A DNA stretch of 55,199 bases from a virus. Taxonomy: Duplodnaviria > Caudoviricetes. The translations under genes were made by a program, and so were the position numbers. Location: positions 1 through 55,199 of IMG/VR virus record IMGVR_UViG_3300032736_000354; one strand, written 5' to 3'. The notes beneath the pieces are model-generated. The model was not told the origin of the DNA. It did not search any database and was given only the letters and a program-made list of their open reading frames with translations. Positions 18,709 through 29,562 of this stretch are shown here, in pieces (position 1 is the first letter of the stretch; each line of letters starts with the position of its first letter).

Positions 18709-21700
18709 TACCACCAGAGGCAATAAAGCCAATAATCAGTAAAGGAGGTAGAGACAGCACTGAACTTGCTGTCGGAACTCTTATTGCTTATCGTGTAGTT
18801 CCACAAACACAAGAAGGAATAGATAAAGCAAAAAAAATAATTGCTAATAGTAAGGAATGGTTGGTGCCATCTACACATCCTGAGTATTATAATGATATTG
18901 ATAGTGATTTGATGGCGGGAAAAGAAACTCCTGGCATTCTAGCAATTCAGAATCACTTAAAAGAATTTTACGGGTTAACTACTCCTTCTGTTGTCAAAAA
19001 ACCTGTTGCCGATACGAAAGTAAAACAACCACCGGCAGCTCCTCCCGATCCAACTCCAACTCCTTCTGCTGGCACACAAGATTTTGTTGATACTAGAGTA
19101 GAAAAACCAGCAACAACAAAAGAAAAAAAGAAGAACAATTTAAAACCAAAACCTTACGCCAAAGATAACATTGATCGTTGGTCTAGGTTAACTGGATACG
19201 AATTAGATTCTCTTTCAGATTACACACGAGATCAACTTCGTGCCCTTGCTTCTAAGTATGGAATTAAAAGATACTCTTCATACAAAGATAAGAATGAACT
19301 TGCTAAAGTTATTCAGAATACTGTAGCATATCAACAGGCAGCTCCAAAAGCAGTGGAGAAAAAAGTTGAGAAAGTTAAGCTCCCCAAACCAGTTGAGCAA
19401 CCCTCCGCTATAAAAATACCACAAGCACATTATATTCAAGGCCAGAGAGGAAGGTGGGAACCTGAATTTGAAAATGACATTGATCATGCTGTTTATTATG
19501 CCGGGAAATCGCCAATACCTAAGGGAGATAAGCAAAGAGAAGTTCTTGCCTGGCTGAAGAGTTTGGGGTTAACCTACGAACAAATACATGATCATCGTGA
19601 AAAAGTATTAGAAAAAATGAGGGACACAATTGCTGTTCCTGGTGTTGAAGAAGAGTATCCATACCTTTATATTGATGCCGTTGATCAAGATTTTGTGATA
19701 GAAGATGATGATGAATTTGATGAAACAGAAGATGACATAGAAGATCTTGATGATCTTTTAAATTTAGTTAGAACAGATGATGATACATCAGAAGAGGAAG
19801 TTGCCGAAAATATTGAAGAAGAAATTTTAGATGCTGCTGGAGAGGATAAAGATGATGAGGAGGAGGGAGATTTTGGATCAGAAGATGATATACCTGATGA
19901 ATTATTACAGGATGAAGTAGATCCAGAACTGTTAGAAAAACTTCTTGTTACAATAAACAAACCAAAGAAAGAATCTAATTACACAAGTAACAAAAAAATC
20001 TTTGATTCTATTGTTGTTAACTTTGGTAGATTACAATCTACTTTAGATACTATCAACAACAACTTAGAGAAACAAAATAGTTTAATCAAAGCTAACATTG
20101 ATACTCAGTTAGCAATCGGTGAGTTGGTAAGTAATCAAACTGATTTACTTGGGGAAAAGTTTGATGCTATACTGAAAGAATTTCAAAAACAATCTGAGCG
20201 AGCAAAAGATCTTGCTGATGAACAAGAAAGAGGATCAGCAGAAGATTCTTTGGAAGGACAGCGAGATGCTGCTGGAGTTTCTGACTTTCAAGATCTAACT
20301 AAGAAACCTTCTGGCAAAAAAAGAGAAAACAAAATTGAGAAGTATTTGAGGGGTAAGTTAACCAGAAAACTATATCGTAAACTACCAAAATCGGTAAGGA
20401 ATGTTAGACAAAAAGTAAGAAAACTTCAGCGGTTGCCTGATAAAGCTAAAGCAAAAGCAGTAAGTAAAATAACTTCTATGCTTCCTACGAAAGGCAAACA
20501 AGCTGTTGGTACTATGAGTAAAATTCGTGGTATGGGTAGCGTTGGTAGGATGGCTGGTCCTGCTAGATATGCCTTCGCTGGGCTTGAGTATGGAGAAAGG
20601 AAAGCAGAGGGGCAGAGTGAACTTCAGGCACAAGCTGGGGTTGGTAGTGGACTTGCTGGGGCAAGTTTAAGTGCTGGTCTGGTCAGTGCTGGAATAGCTT
20701 TATTACCAACTGCCCCAACTGGATGGGGTGCTGTTGCGGCAGGATCATTAATTTTACTTGGGTCTGCACTTGGGGGGAGTATAGCTAGCGGAGCAGCTGA
20801 TAGAGCAACTGGAGCAGATAAAGTTACTGGAGCACACGAAACTGGTACTGGTCTCACTAAACCAGGCACAGCATTACTTCACGGCACCGAAGCAGTTATT
20901 AATCCAAATGCTATGTCGCCAATGAGTAGTGTTGGTGGTCTAATGATCGCCGCTACTACCGGATACATCAATTCTGCTGGCGCTGTTGCTGCTCCTATTG
21001 CCCCTGTATTGAAAGGAATTTCTGCTCAAATGGCGAAGCAATATGATGTTCCTTCCACATTAACTCAGACCAATGTTGGTGGTAGCTTACCTAATATATC
21101 TGGAGAATTGAAAAAAGTAAAAGAAAAAAGAAAGCAAACGCCAGGAGAAGAACTTTCTGGTATGGAAAAGGATCTTCTGGAGACACAAGATCCACAATCA
21201 TTTGCTGATAAACTGCTGAAAATGCTTGACCCAGAAGGAAAGTTCCAACAATTATTGCAGCAAATAAACCACCAACCTCCCGAAGGTGATCCTACATTAA
21301 CTGAAGGTGGGTATGCTACATTTGGTGAAACTGGTAGTGGTTCTAACGCTAAAGGTTGGGTGCATGGACATTTTCAAAATCCTACTAGCGAAGCAGAACT
21401 GCTGAGAGATACTTTTCCTTTTGTCAAAAAGTTATTAGAACAAGGTTCTGAAGTAGTAATTACTGGTGGAGTTGATAGACCATTGAATAAAGATATGGAT
21501 GATGCTACTATAAAAGATATAATTTCTAAAGGAATAGGTACTCACTCAAATAGAACAAAGGGATATTATGCCGTAGATGTTTCTGTTAAAAAAGGAACAA
21601 AAGTTCCTTTTGCTCTGGAGGATGTTCGGGATGCTGGTGGTAGAGAAGGTGTCAGAGGAAAGATACCTGGAACAAACACTTTTATTGGTCATTTAACTGG

Positions 21701-22589
21701 AGATTCTAAATCTGGTGGACCAGAAAGTCGTCCAACAAAATCCACTGGAGATTTTGATGTCATTATTCCTTTGGACCATGTTAAACCAGGCAATGAAAAT
21801 AAAATACCAGATAAAAAAGGAGGAAACACTTTTAAAAATGCTAGTGCCACAGGTGCTGCTGGTAGAGAAAGAGATCATCAAGATAAAGCAGCAGCTAAAG
21901 TCAAAGCAAAATTAGAAGCGAAAGGTCTTCGTGTTAAAGTTATTACTCCAGAAGATTTTGGAAACTACGAAGATTATGATAATTATATTACAACACAGGC
22001 TTCAAAAAATGTTAGGATAGTTCCTTTACATTTTGATGCTGCTGTTGGTCAAGGAGGAACTGGATTCTTAACAAGAACTAAGAAGGGTGATTCTGGAGAC
22101 GCTGCTCTAGCTAAACCTATACAACAAAAACTATCATCTTTTCAAAAAGCAAACCCTTCTTTAGGAAATTTGGGACCAACCGATACAGTAAGTAATGCCA
22201 CTATTAATAGAGCATCTGCTTCGCCAGCAGCATTAGTTGAGATGGGATCAATGGTTGCTTGGGAAAAACAACATGGATCTAATTTTACTAGCACAAATAA
22301 ATTTGATGAACTTGCTACGGGAATAGCTGAAGGAGTATATCAGGGGGGTGGTTTTGATAATAAAATTAAACCACCCACACAACAACCTAGATTCCAATCC
22401 CTGCAAGGAAAAGATGGCAATGATGATACCAAATATCTGATTGTCAATCAGCAAGCAAAACCACAAATTACAGGACAAGGATCACAAAATGCTCCTTCAT
22501 TTGTTTCTATGGGAGATGGTAGATGGAGAACCCAGAATGAATTGTCAACAACAATGAGAAATCTTTATTTACAAAAACTTGGACAATAA
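18705..22589 (+). CDS. Tape-measure-like tail protein with a C-terminal N-acetylmuramoyl-L-alanine amidase (Amidase_3-like) domain
   Basis: Follows gp26/gp51; coiled-coil, acidic and Gly/Ala-rich segments; IIPLDH..GAAGRE..VPLHFDA..ALVEMG Zn-amidase pattern at about 21750-22350. Confidence 0.65.
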   Translation: MIPPEAIKPIISKGGRDSTELAVGTLIAYRVVPQTQEGIDKAKKIIANSKEWLVPSTHPEYYNDIDSDLMAGKETPGILAIQNHLKEFYGLTTPSVVKKPVADTKVKQPPAAPPDPTPTPSAGTQDFVDTRVEKPATTKEKKKNNLKPKPYAKDNIDRWSRLTGYELDSLSDYTRDQLRALASKYGIKRYSSYKDKNELAKVIQNTVAYQQAAPKAVEKKVEKVKLPKPVEQPSAIKIPQAHYIQGQRGRWEPEFENDIDHAVYYAGKSPIPKGDKQREVLAWLKSLGLTYEQIHDHREKVLEKMRDTIAVPGVEEEYPYLYIDAVDQDFVIEDDDEFDETEDDIEDLDDLLNLVRTDDDTSEEEVAENIEEEILDAAGEDKDDEEEGDFGSEDDIPDELLQDEVDPELLEKLLVTINKPKKESNYTSNKKIFDSIVVNFGRLQSTLDTINNNLEKQNSLIKANIDTQLAIGELVSNQTDLLGEKFDAILKEFQKQSERAKDLADEQERGSAEDSLEGQRDAAGVSDFQDLTKKPSGKKRENKIEKYLRGKLTRKLYRKLPKSVRNVRQKVRKLQRLPDKAKAKAVSKITSMLPTKGKQAVGTMSKIRGMGSVGRMAGPARYAFAGLEYGERKAEGQSELQAQAGVGSGLAGASLSAGLVSAGIALLPTAPTGWGAVAAGSLILLGSALGGSIASGAADRATGADKVTGAHETGTGLTKPGTALLHGTEAVINPNAMSPMSSVGGLMIAATTGYINSAGAVAAPIAPVLKGISAQMAKQYDVPSTLTQTNVGGSLPNISGELKKVKEKRKQTPGEELSGMEKDLLETQDPQSFADKLLKMLDPEGKFQQLLQQINHQPPEGDPTLTEGGYATFGETGSGSNAKGWVHGHFQNPTSEAELLRDTFPFVKKLLEQGSEVVITGGVDRPLNKDMDDATIKDIISKGIGTHSNRTKGYYAVDVSVKKGTKVPFALEDVRDAGGREGVRGKIPGTNTFIGHLTGDSKSGGPESRPTKSTGDFDVIIPLDHVKPGNENKIPDKKGGNTFKNASATGAAGRERDHQDKAAAKVKAKLEAKGLRVKVITPEDFGNYEDYDNYITTQASKNVRIVPLHFDAAVGQGGTGFLTRTKKGDSGDAALAKPIQQKLSSFQKANPSLGNLGPTDTVSNATINRASASPAALVEMGSMVAWEKQHGSNFTSTNKFDELATGIAEGVYQGGGFDNKIKPPTQQPRFQSLQGKDGNDDTKYLIVNQQAKPQITGQGSQNAPSFVSMGDGRWRTQNELSTTMRNLYLQKLGQ

Positions 22590-22613
22590 ATACCAGGATA
22601 AGGGGTAGCATAA

Positions 22614-25217
22614 ATGTCGGCGGGAACTCAAGGATTTACTGATACCAGACAAGACACGAATCATATCGGTAGTGTCATAAGTAGAATTCTTGAAGCAAGA
22701 CAACTTGCCGAAGATGAAAGAAAGTATGCCGAAGCACAGGCAGATAAGTATCAAACTTCATTAGAAGAAGCGGGAGTAAAAAGAGGAGATTTCTTTAAGA
22801 AAGCATTACGCTGGAAGTTTGGTGGTGAGTTTAAACAAAAAAAACTCTCTCAGTTAAACACTTGGAAAAAGAGAGGTGATTTATTAAAGAGTGCTGCCAC
22901 TGGAAAATCTGGTAGAAATAAACTGAATAAGATTGAAAGATCTCAAGCACTCTTTGATATGTTTAAGGCAAGTGACAAGCCAAAAACATTCCGAGATAAA
23001 TTTAAACCGCTGTATGAAGGATTTGTTGATGATCCTATGATGAGACCGACAAAACCAAAGAGTCATATAGTAAAGCCAGGAACTGCCAAGAAAATACAGA
23101 AGGCACTAACATCAAGGAGTAATAAGAGAGTCAGTAAAGAAGACATTTTAGATTCTATTTCTAGTATTACAGATGCAATTGAAAAAATTGCTGAATCAAT
23201 ATCAGAAAAAAATAAAATTGTTTCTGATCAAATGATACATTCCTCTGTTCTCCAGGGAATGATTCATACTCAATTAAAAACCAATGGAGATTCATTGGAG
23301 GACAAACTACAAAAAATTGTTGATGCTATCTCTAATCAAACTCAGTACAAAAAAGAGGCTGTAGATAAAGCAGAAAGTAAAGATGCCGAGAATAAATTAG
23401 AAGCACAAAAAGATGCTGCTGGTGTAGTTAATTTTGATGATCTAACTACGAAGGAAGATGAAAGTAAAGCACCGGAAAGACCTACAGGGGGATACCCAGA
23501 GCTTTCCCAGATGGCACATGCCGGAATGGATGTATCTGGTGTGGAGAGTAAAACTCCTCCTATGTACATGCCACCACAAGCAGAACAAGGAGCAATATTT
23601 TCTGGACCTGATAGTGGATATCTTGTAGAACTTCATGGTAAAGAAAAGGTTGTTCCATTAGATAATAACTACACACAAGGAGAACCAAGTGCTGTTGATG
23701 GTAAGGTAAGACCAAAACCAACTGAGCCTATTGCCAAACCAAAATCTATGCCCTCAAACAATATCCAAAAGTTTGAGATGGGAACTAATAAATCTCCTAT
23801 AAGTTCTTCGCCAATCACATCTAAGTTTGGTTTCAATACAGCAAGAAATCAAATGGGTATTGCTGGTGGCGGAACTACACAGCAATCTAAGATGACACAA
23901 TCAATGGTTGATGTGATGTCATTACCAATGATGGCTGCTGGTGGTACTATTCTTGCCGCCACAACCAAATACATGCAAAGTTTGGGAGGAGAAGGTGCTA
24001 ATATATCTCCAGAAATTCAACGAGTATCGAGACCAATAGCAGAAACTTTTGGTTTGCCTTCATCAATTGTTAACAAAGCTAAGCAAGGTTCTACTAGCAA
24101 GCCTTCTGGTGTAGGGAAACCTGACGAGGAAGGTGGCGAACCTAGTAAAAATATATTTGCTAAATTGATGGATGGTTTTGGTGCTATGCTTGATAAAATG
24201 AAAGATAGTATTAATACTACACCTCCCCCTAGTCCCACAGGAACAGCTCAACCAGCTGATATAAGTGGAAACGAAAAAGAATTGGTGAAGAGATTAATGA
24301 TAGCGGAAGCTGGTGGAGAGGGAACAGAAGGAATGGCAATGGTGGGTAGATCTGTACTGAATAGAGCAGGATTAGTTCAATCTGGTAAACTTGGTGCTGG
24401 TCAATTCAATGCTGAAAGCGGTAGTGTTACTGATATTATTCAAGCACCATTACAGTATACTCCATACGCACAGGGAAAATTAGATAGACCTTTGAGTGCT
24501 GAAGAAAATGCCAGAGCGGAAGCAGCATATCAATTAATGATGAATGATCCTGAGTTTAGAAAAGCAATCAAAACGAAATTTAATTTATCTGAATCCGACG
24601 TTAAAAAAGCTGCTGCGGCAACTGGATTTAGAAACTATGACGCAGGAGCTGATGTTGACAAATCTCAGCAAGTGAATGAATTTGTTGCGGGAAGACATAC
24701 ATTTAATACAGCAGGAAATGCTGGATTGATAACACCATATTCAACAGCGACAGTAGCTCAACCAACTCCATCCCCAACTCAATCTCCAACTGCTCAATTA
24801 GGACAGGCAATCACTAACAACTATGGTCTTGGAGTAGGAAAAGAAAGAACATTTACTGTTCCGGGTTATGGGGAAGTTACCGCACATAAAACAACTGTTG
24901 GTTTTGATTTCTTTAAAGATGGACGAAGACTTGATGTTTCCCCTTCAAACCCACAAGGCAAAACAATCGTTGATTACTTTAAATCAACTAATGGTGGTCA
25001 AACTATCAGTCCTCCCGAAGAAACAAGAGTAGGTTCACTATCACCTGGCAACAAGTCTGAATCTGGTAACATAGCTATGTTAAATATTGGTGGTGGTGGA
25101 TCACAAACTTCTACTGCTGGATCATCACCACAACCAACTGGTGAAGACGGCACAGAGTCAGGAAGAAATCCGACACAAAATTTTTATTCTAATTCATTCT
25201 CTATAGGTGTTGGATAA
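22614..25217 (+). CDS. Second tape-measure-like tail protein with a SleB/Hydrolase_2-like lytic transglycosylase domain
   Basis: RLMIAEAGGEGTEGMAMVGRSVLNR..DIIQAPLQY..GRHTF at about 24270-24720; GPDSGYLVELHGKEKVVPL motif. Confidence 0.65.
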   Translation: MSAGTQGFTDTRQDTNHIGSVISRILEARQLAEDERKYAEAQADKYQTSLEEAGVKRGDFFKKALRWKFGGEFKQKKLSQLNTWKKRGDLLKSAATGKSGRNKLNKIERSQALFDMFKASDKPKTFRDKFKPLYEGFVDDPMMRPTKPKSHIVKPGTAKKIQKALTSRSNKRVSKEDILDSISSITDAIEKIAESISEKNKIVSDQMIHSSVLQGMIHTQLKTNGDSLEDKLQKIVDAISNQTQYKKEAVDKAESKDAENKLEAQKDAAGVVNFDDLTTKEDESKAPERPTGGYPELSQMAHAGMDVSGVESKTPPMYMPPQAEQGAIFSGPDSGYLVELHGKEKVVPLDNNYTQGEPSAVDGKVRPKPTEPIAKPKSMPSNNIQKFEMGTNKSPISSSPITSKFGFNTARNQMGIAGGGTTQQSKMTQSMVDVMSLPMMAAGGTILAATTKYMQSLGGEGANISPEIQRVSRPIAETFGLPSSIVNKAKQGSTSKPSGVGKPDEEGGEPSKNIFAKLMDGFGAMLDKMKDSINTTPPPSPTGTAQPADISGNEKELVKRLMIAEAGGEGTEGMAMVGRSVLNRAGLVQSGKLGAGQFNAESGSVTDIIQAPLQYTPYAQGKLDRPLSAEENARAEAAYQLMMNDPEFRKAIKTKFNLSESDVKKAAAATGFRNYDAGADVDKSQQVNEFVAGRHTFNTAGNAGLITPYSTATVAQPTPSPTQSPTAQLGQAITNNYGLGVGKERTFTVPGYGEVTAHKTTVGFDFFKDGRRLDVSPSNPQGKTIVDYFKSTNGGQTISPPEETRVGSLSPGNKSESGNIAMLNIGGGGSQTSTAGSSPQPTGEDGTESGRNPTQNFYSNSFSIGVG

Positions 25218-26629
25218 TGTCAGATACAGCAAAACCATACGCTTCTAGTTTCCAACTAAAAACAGTTGTTATATATCGTGTTAAGTCAAATGAAACATAC
25301 GACATTACTGATTTAGTTCATCGGTTTGATTACTTCGAAAGCATTACATCTCCTGTCATATCCGGCACACTGGTCATGGTTGACTCAGGAGCTAACTTAA
25401 TATCATCTCTACCTATTCAAGGAACAGAAAGAATTGTTATTACTTTAATTGCTCCTAACAATGAAGAGCACACATATGATTTACATGTCTACAAAATCGG
25501 TAGTAGATTTGGAGCAGAAAGATTCCAAACTTATACATTAGGATTGATATCTAAAGAAGGATTACTGAATGAAGGTATACGAATAACAAAAACTTTGAAA
25601 GGAAAAGCAAACGATATTGTTAAATCTTTACTTAAAGATTACATTAAAACAGATAAGGAAATTGATGAAGAGAATACCAAATTCAATATAATTTTTAACG
25701 CTGGCAAAAAAAGTCCATTCGCTGTTATCAATAGTATACAATCAAAATCTGTTGCTAATTCTAGCACTGCTAAAGTAACCGAAAGCAAAGGAACTGGTAA
25801 AGCAACTCCGTCAGCAAATTCCAGTGTATCTTCTTTGAAACCAACTGATAGTTCTGATTATGATAGTGTAACTGGGAGTGCTGGATACTTCTTTTTTGAA
25901 AATAAAGATGGGTATGTTTTTAAATCAATTGATACTTTGTGTGAAGGAAAGAATTCTGCTGGCACATACTTCCAAGAACCGATTGATGTAAACTCTCCTC
26001 CCGATAAAAAGATTCTATCAATTGATTTTCTAAATGAGATTGATTTGTTGGCAAAATTGAGAACAGGTGCTTTCTCTTCTGTGATTTGTTATTATAACTT
26101 TAGTACTGGTGCTTATGAAGAGTATGTTTATTCTTTGGATAAATCTTATGATAGCATGAAGCACATGGGATCACAAAAAGGATTACCTTATGGACAGAAG
26201 GAGTTAGCTAAGTACCCTACTCGTGTGATGAGTGTGATATTAGATCATGAAACTTGGTATGATGGAGAAGATATAGCATCACCTGAAAAAAAGGATGGGG
26301 AAAAGGGAGCATCACAATTTCCAGATTATCAAAAGTTTTATATGGCACAATCTATTTCTAGATTGAATTCATTAACAAATCAGAAAGTACAAATTAAAAT
26401 TAATGGTACTCCTTCAGTGAGAGTTGGTGATAGCATTGACATCATGATTCCAAACCAAGTCACTCAAGAACAAAAGATTGTTGAGAAGTATGACCCAGAG
26501 CACAGTGGAACATATTTAATTGCTGAAGTGAATCATGTGTTTAATCCTAAGGAAAGAAGATGCTATACATTTTTGACTTTGGTTAGGGATTCTTATGGCA
26601 TGAAAGATTACTCATCCAAAACACAATAA
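25217..26629 (+). CDS. Baseplate hub protein (gp27-like)
   Basis: YFESITSPVISGTL, AGYFFFENKDGYVFKSID, SGTYLIAEVNH..LVRDSYG; lies before gp5. Confidence 0.7.
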   Translation: MSDTAKPYASSFQLKTVVIYRVKSNETYDITDLVHRFDYFESITSPVISGTLVMVDSGANLISSLPIQGTERIVITLIAPNNEEHTYDLHVYKIGSRFGAERFQTYTLGLISKEGLLNEGIRITKTLKGKANDIVKSLLKDYIKTDKEIDEENTKFNIIFNAGKKSPFAVINSIQSKSVANSSTAKVTESKGTGKATPSANSSVSSLKPTDSSDYDSVTGSAGYFFFENKDGYVFKSIDTLCEGKNSAGTYFQEPIDVNSPPDKKILSIDFLNEIDLLAKLRTGAFSSVICYYNFSTGAYEEYVYSLDKSYDSMKHMGSQKGLPYGQKELAKYPTRVMSVILDHETWYDGEDIASPEKKDGEKGASQFPDYQKFYMAQSISRLNSLTNQKVQIKINGTPSVRVGDSIDIMIPNQVTQEQKIVEKYDPEHSGTYLIAEVNHVFNPKERRCYTFLTLVRDSYGMKDYSSKTQ

Positions 26630-26652
26630 ATAATAAATAAACCTCGTGTGAT

Positions 26653-29562
26653 ATGGATCCGGTATTATCATCATTATTCCCAGTAAATCAAATAGGATCT
26701 GATGGTTTCAACTGGTGGGTTGGCCAGATTGAATCGAAAAAAAGCGATGATCCAAAACAATCCGGTAGATATCGTGTTCGTGTTGTAGGCCAGCACCTCA
26801 AAGATTGTGACGCCACTGCGTCAGATCAATTGCCTTGGGCGAATGTAATGATGCCCGTAACGACACCATACACCGATGGCTTGACTACAGGTGCCTCAGT
26901 GGGCCTAGAACCAGGCTGTTGGGTGTTGGGCTTCTACTTAGATAGCGATAAACAGAAGCCCATTATAATGGGTTCTATAGGCCACACAAAGTATGCTACT
27001 ATCGTAAAAAATGATGACCCAAATCCAACAGGGTCATGTAAATCTTTTACTACATTTACATCGCAGAAAGTAATTCCTCAAGCACATTATCCCACGAGTG
27101 CTCAAAGTGGAGTAGATAAAGAAACAAAAGCAAACATATCTGCTGCTGGTCCTTCGGCAGCAGATGGCGCAGTTAAAAAAGATGGAGCACCCCCAATTAT
27201 TCTTGCTGCTCTTGCTCAATACAGTGAAACTAATCCTATTGGAGGCAAAAGTTGCAACATCATTGCCAATCCTAAATGCGGTCAAGAGAAAAATTTAAAG
27301 AATGGTCTGACTACTATTCTTGGTGATCTTCTGGCAGCAAACCAAAATTCTGGTGGACAACTGGGAGATTATTACGTAGGTAAAGTGACCGGATTTTTAT
27401 ATGATGGTGTAGAAATTGCTCGCTACCATATTAGCAGAGTTACCAGACTTGTTAGAAGTTTTATCGCTCGCATCAAAGGAGAGATTATAAAATTTATTAG
27501 GGATGGTATTGATAAATTAATTAAATCAGTAATACTGTTTGAAGATCCTGCTGGAGAAATTATTGGTAACACTGGGCCTCTTGCTGACCCAGAAAAAGCA
27601 TTCAAACCTGTTAGAGCAAAAGGCAATAGATTAAAATTTATTAAAAAAATCTTTGATCAAATATTTAAAGAACTTGGTTGTGCTATAGAAGATCTTACCG
27701 ATAGAATTGTTCAGTTTATTACTGATCTTATTTTTGGTTTTCTATCTGATCTTTTTTATCAAGCAACCTGTGCTGTAGATACAATCATTCAAGGTATATT
27801 GAATGAAATACTTTCATTGTTTGACAGCCTCGTAGCAATGATTCTTGGACCATTACAACAATTGTTGGGTGCATTAGCTTCACCATTAAATTTGATTAGA
27901 GGTCTTCTTAATAGTGTTATGAGTCTTCTTGGCATTTCTTGCTCAGGACCATCAGCAAATTGCGAAACGATACAAAAAAAATGTACTGATTGTGGTCAAA
28001 ATAAAGAGGATGATCTTGATAGATTAATTAAAGCAATTGAAGATGGAGCATTGGATTTTGGTGGTGGTCTTTGTGATGAATCCAAACAAGTACCTCCCAT
28101 TGTAGCAACTGAAGTCACTTTTATTGGTGGTGTATTTTTAGAACCAACCCCAGCTGTTCCATCCGAACCTCCTGGTGGAGAAAATACTCCCGAATCATTC
28201 TTTCCTGGCGGCACAGATATTCCAGAAAATACTTTTGGTGAGATTGATACTCCTGCTGAGTATGCTGATCCATTTAATGATGCCGATCTACCAACGTTTG
28301 AGCCAGCAGATCGGTTGCCGGATCCAGAAGGAACTACAGAACCATTTTATTCTGTGCAAGCTAATAAATCTACCGTGAAGGAAGGAGATACGGTAGTGTT
28401 TACTATTAAAACAATTAATGTTCCTATTGGTACTGTTGTTAACTATACATTATCGGGTTCAACTATCACTGCAGATGATATTGTTGGTGGTGAGTTAACT
28501 GGGTCTGTCACTATGGGAAGTGATACCGAAACAGTTGATGTTAGTATTGCTCAGGATGATATCATTGAAACAGTTCCTCAAACACTAACACTAACCATTG
28601 ATGGGACTAGTGCTTTCGCAACTGTGGTCATTGATTCTGAATTTGAATTAGTTCCTGGCATAAATGATGACATTGTAACTCCCAGAACATATAATGTTGA
28701 ATCAGATAAGCCAAGCTACATGGAAGGTGAGAATATTGTGTATACTATTACTACGACCAATGTAGATAATGGTACTGAATATAATTACATACTAACTGGT
28801 TCAGGAATAGTGCCAGAATTTTTTATCAATAACAGTTTGGTGGGAACATTTACTGTTCAAGATAACAAAGCTCAAGTTGTTGCTGGCATTAATGACAATC
28901 TCAACTGGTCAAATAATTATATTCTTTCTTTCATACTTACTGGAACAGGTGCATTTGTTGATGTTGTTTTGGAGGCAGAAGAAATTGCTGCCACTACTTC
29001 AGGTGATGATAAAAAATCAGACCCAAAAATCGACAAGCCCGTGACAGGAACCCCAATTACAGATGATAATGGTATTATTATTAGTATACCTATTGTTAAT
29101 ACAGGAGATCCTTTCCAAAAAGCACCTCAAGTTATTATAACTGGACAAGGATATGGAGCTACTGCTATTGCTTTATTGGACGGCAAAGGATTTGTTTCTG
29201 AAGTTAGAGTAACTAGAACAGGAACAAATTACAAAGTTAACACACCAAAAGATTCTAATACTCAGTGTATTATTGATTCTTTCACATTAATTTCTCCCGG
29301 TGTTGGTTATACGTCTTCTCCGTCTGTATATGTTGATGGCATTCCTGATATTGCTAGGGCGATTGTTGAAAATGGTTTCGTTATTAGTGTAGAAATTCTT
29401 GATAGAACTAAAGTGTACGAAAAAATGCCTGAAATTTTAATCATTGGTGGTGAAGGTGCTGGAGCACGAGTATTGCCTAATTTATTCTGCCTAGATATAG
29501 AAGAACTTGAGCGTAAAGGATATGCCAAGATCGGTACTGGTAAATATATTGATTGCCCATAA
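26653..29562 (+). CDS. 5: Baseplate hub / central spike gp5 (N-terminal OB-fold)
   Basis: DGFNWWVGQIE..GRYRVRVVGQH..LPWANVMMP..WVLGFYLD..QKPIIMGSI; ends IDCP. Confidence 0.9.
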   Translation: MDPVLSSLFPVNQIGSDGFNWWVGQIESKKSDDPKQSGRYRVRVVGQHLKDCDATASDQLPWANVMMPVTTPYTDGLTTGASVGLEPGCWVLGFYLDSDKQKPIIMGSIGHTKYATIVKNDDPNPTGSCKSFTTFTSQKVIPQAHYPTSAQSGVDKETKANISAAGPSAADGAVKKDGAPPIILAALAQYSETNPIGGKSCNIIANPKCGQEKNLKNGLTTILGDLLAANQNSGGQLGDYYVGKVTGFLYDGVEIARYHISRVTRLVRSFIARIKGEIIKFIRDGIDKLIKSVILFEDPAGEIIGNTGPLADPEKAFKPVRAKGNRLKFIKKIFDQIFKELGCAIEDLTDRIVQFITDLIFGFLSDLFYQATCAVDTIIQGILNEILSLFDSLVAMILGPLQQLLGALASPLNLIRGLLNSVMSLLGISCSGPSANCETIQKKCTDCGQNKEDDLDRLIKAIEDGALDFGGGLCDESKQVPPIVATEVTFIGGVFLEPTPAVPSEPPGGENTPESFFPGGTDIPENTFGEIDTPAEYADPFNDADLPTFEPADRLPDPEGTTEPFYSVQANKSTVKEGDTVVFTIKTINVPIGTVVNYTLSGSTITADDIVGGELTGSVTMGSDTETVDVSIAQDDIIETVPQTLTLTIDGTSAFATVVIDSEFELVPGINDDIVTPRTYNVESDKPSYMEGENIVYTITTTNVDNGTEYNYILTGSGIVPEFFINNSLVGTFTVQDNKAQVVAGINDNLNWSNNYILSFILTGTGAFVDVVLEAEEIAATTSGDDKKSDPKIDKPVTGTPITDDNGIIISIPIVNTGDPFQKAPQVIITGQGYGATAIALLDGKGFVSEVRVTRTGTNYKVNTPKDSNTQCIIDSFTLISPGVGYTSSPSVYVDGIPDIARAIVENGFVISVEILDRTKVYEKMPEILIIGGEGAGARVLPNLFCLDIEELERKGYAKIGTGKYIDCP

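Noticed and set aside
16405-19331. Repeat pair as a diversity-generating retroelement template/variable region
   Set aside because: Differences are largely synonymous and not adenine-specific; no reverse transcriptase in the window
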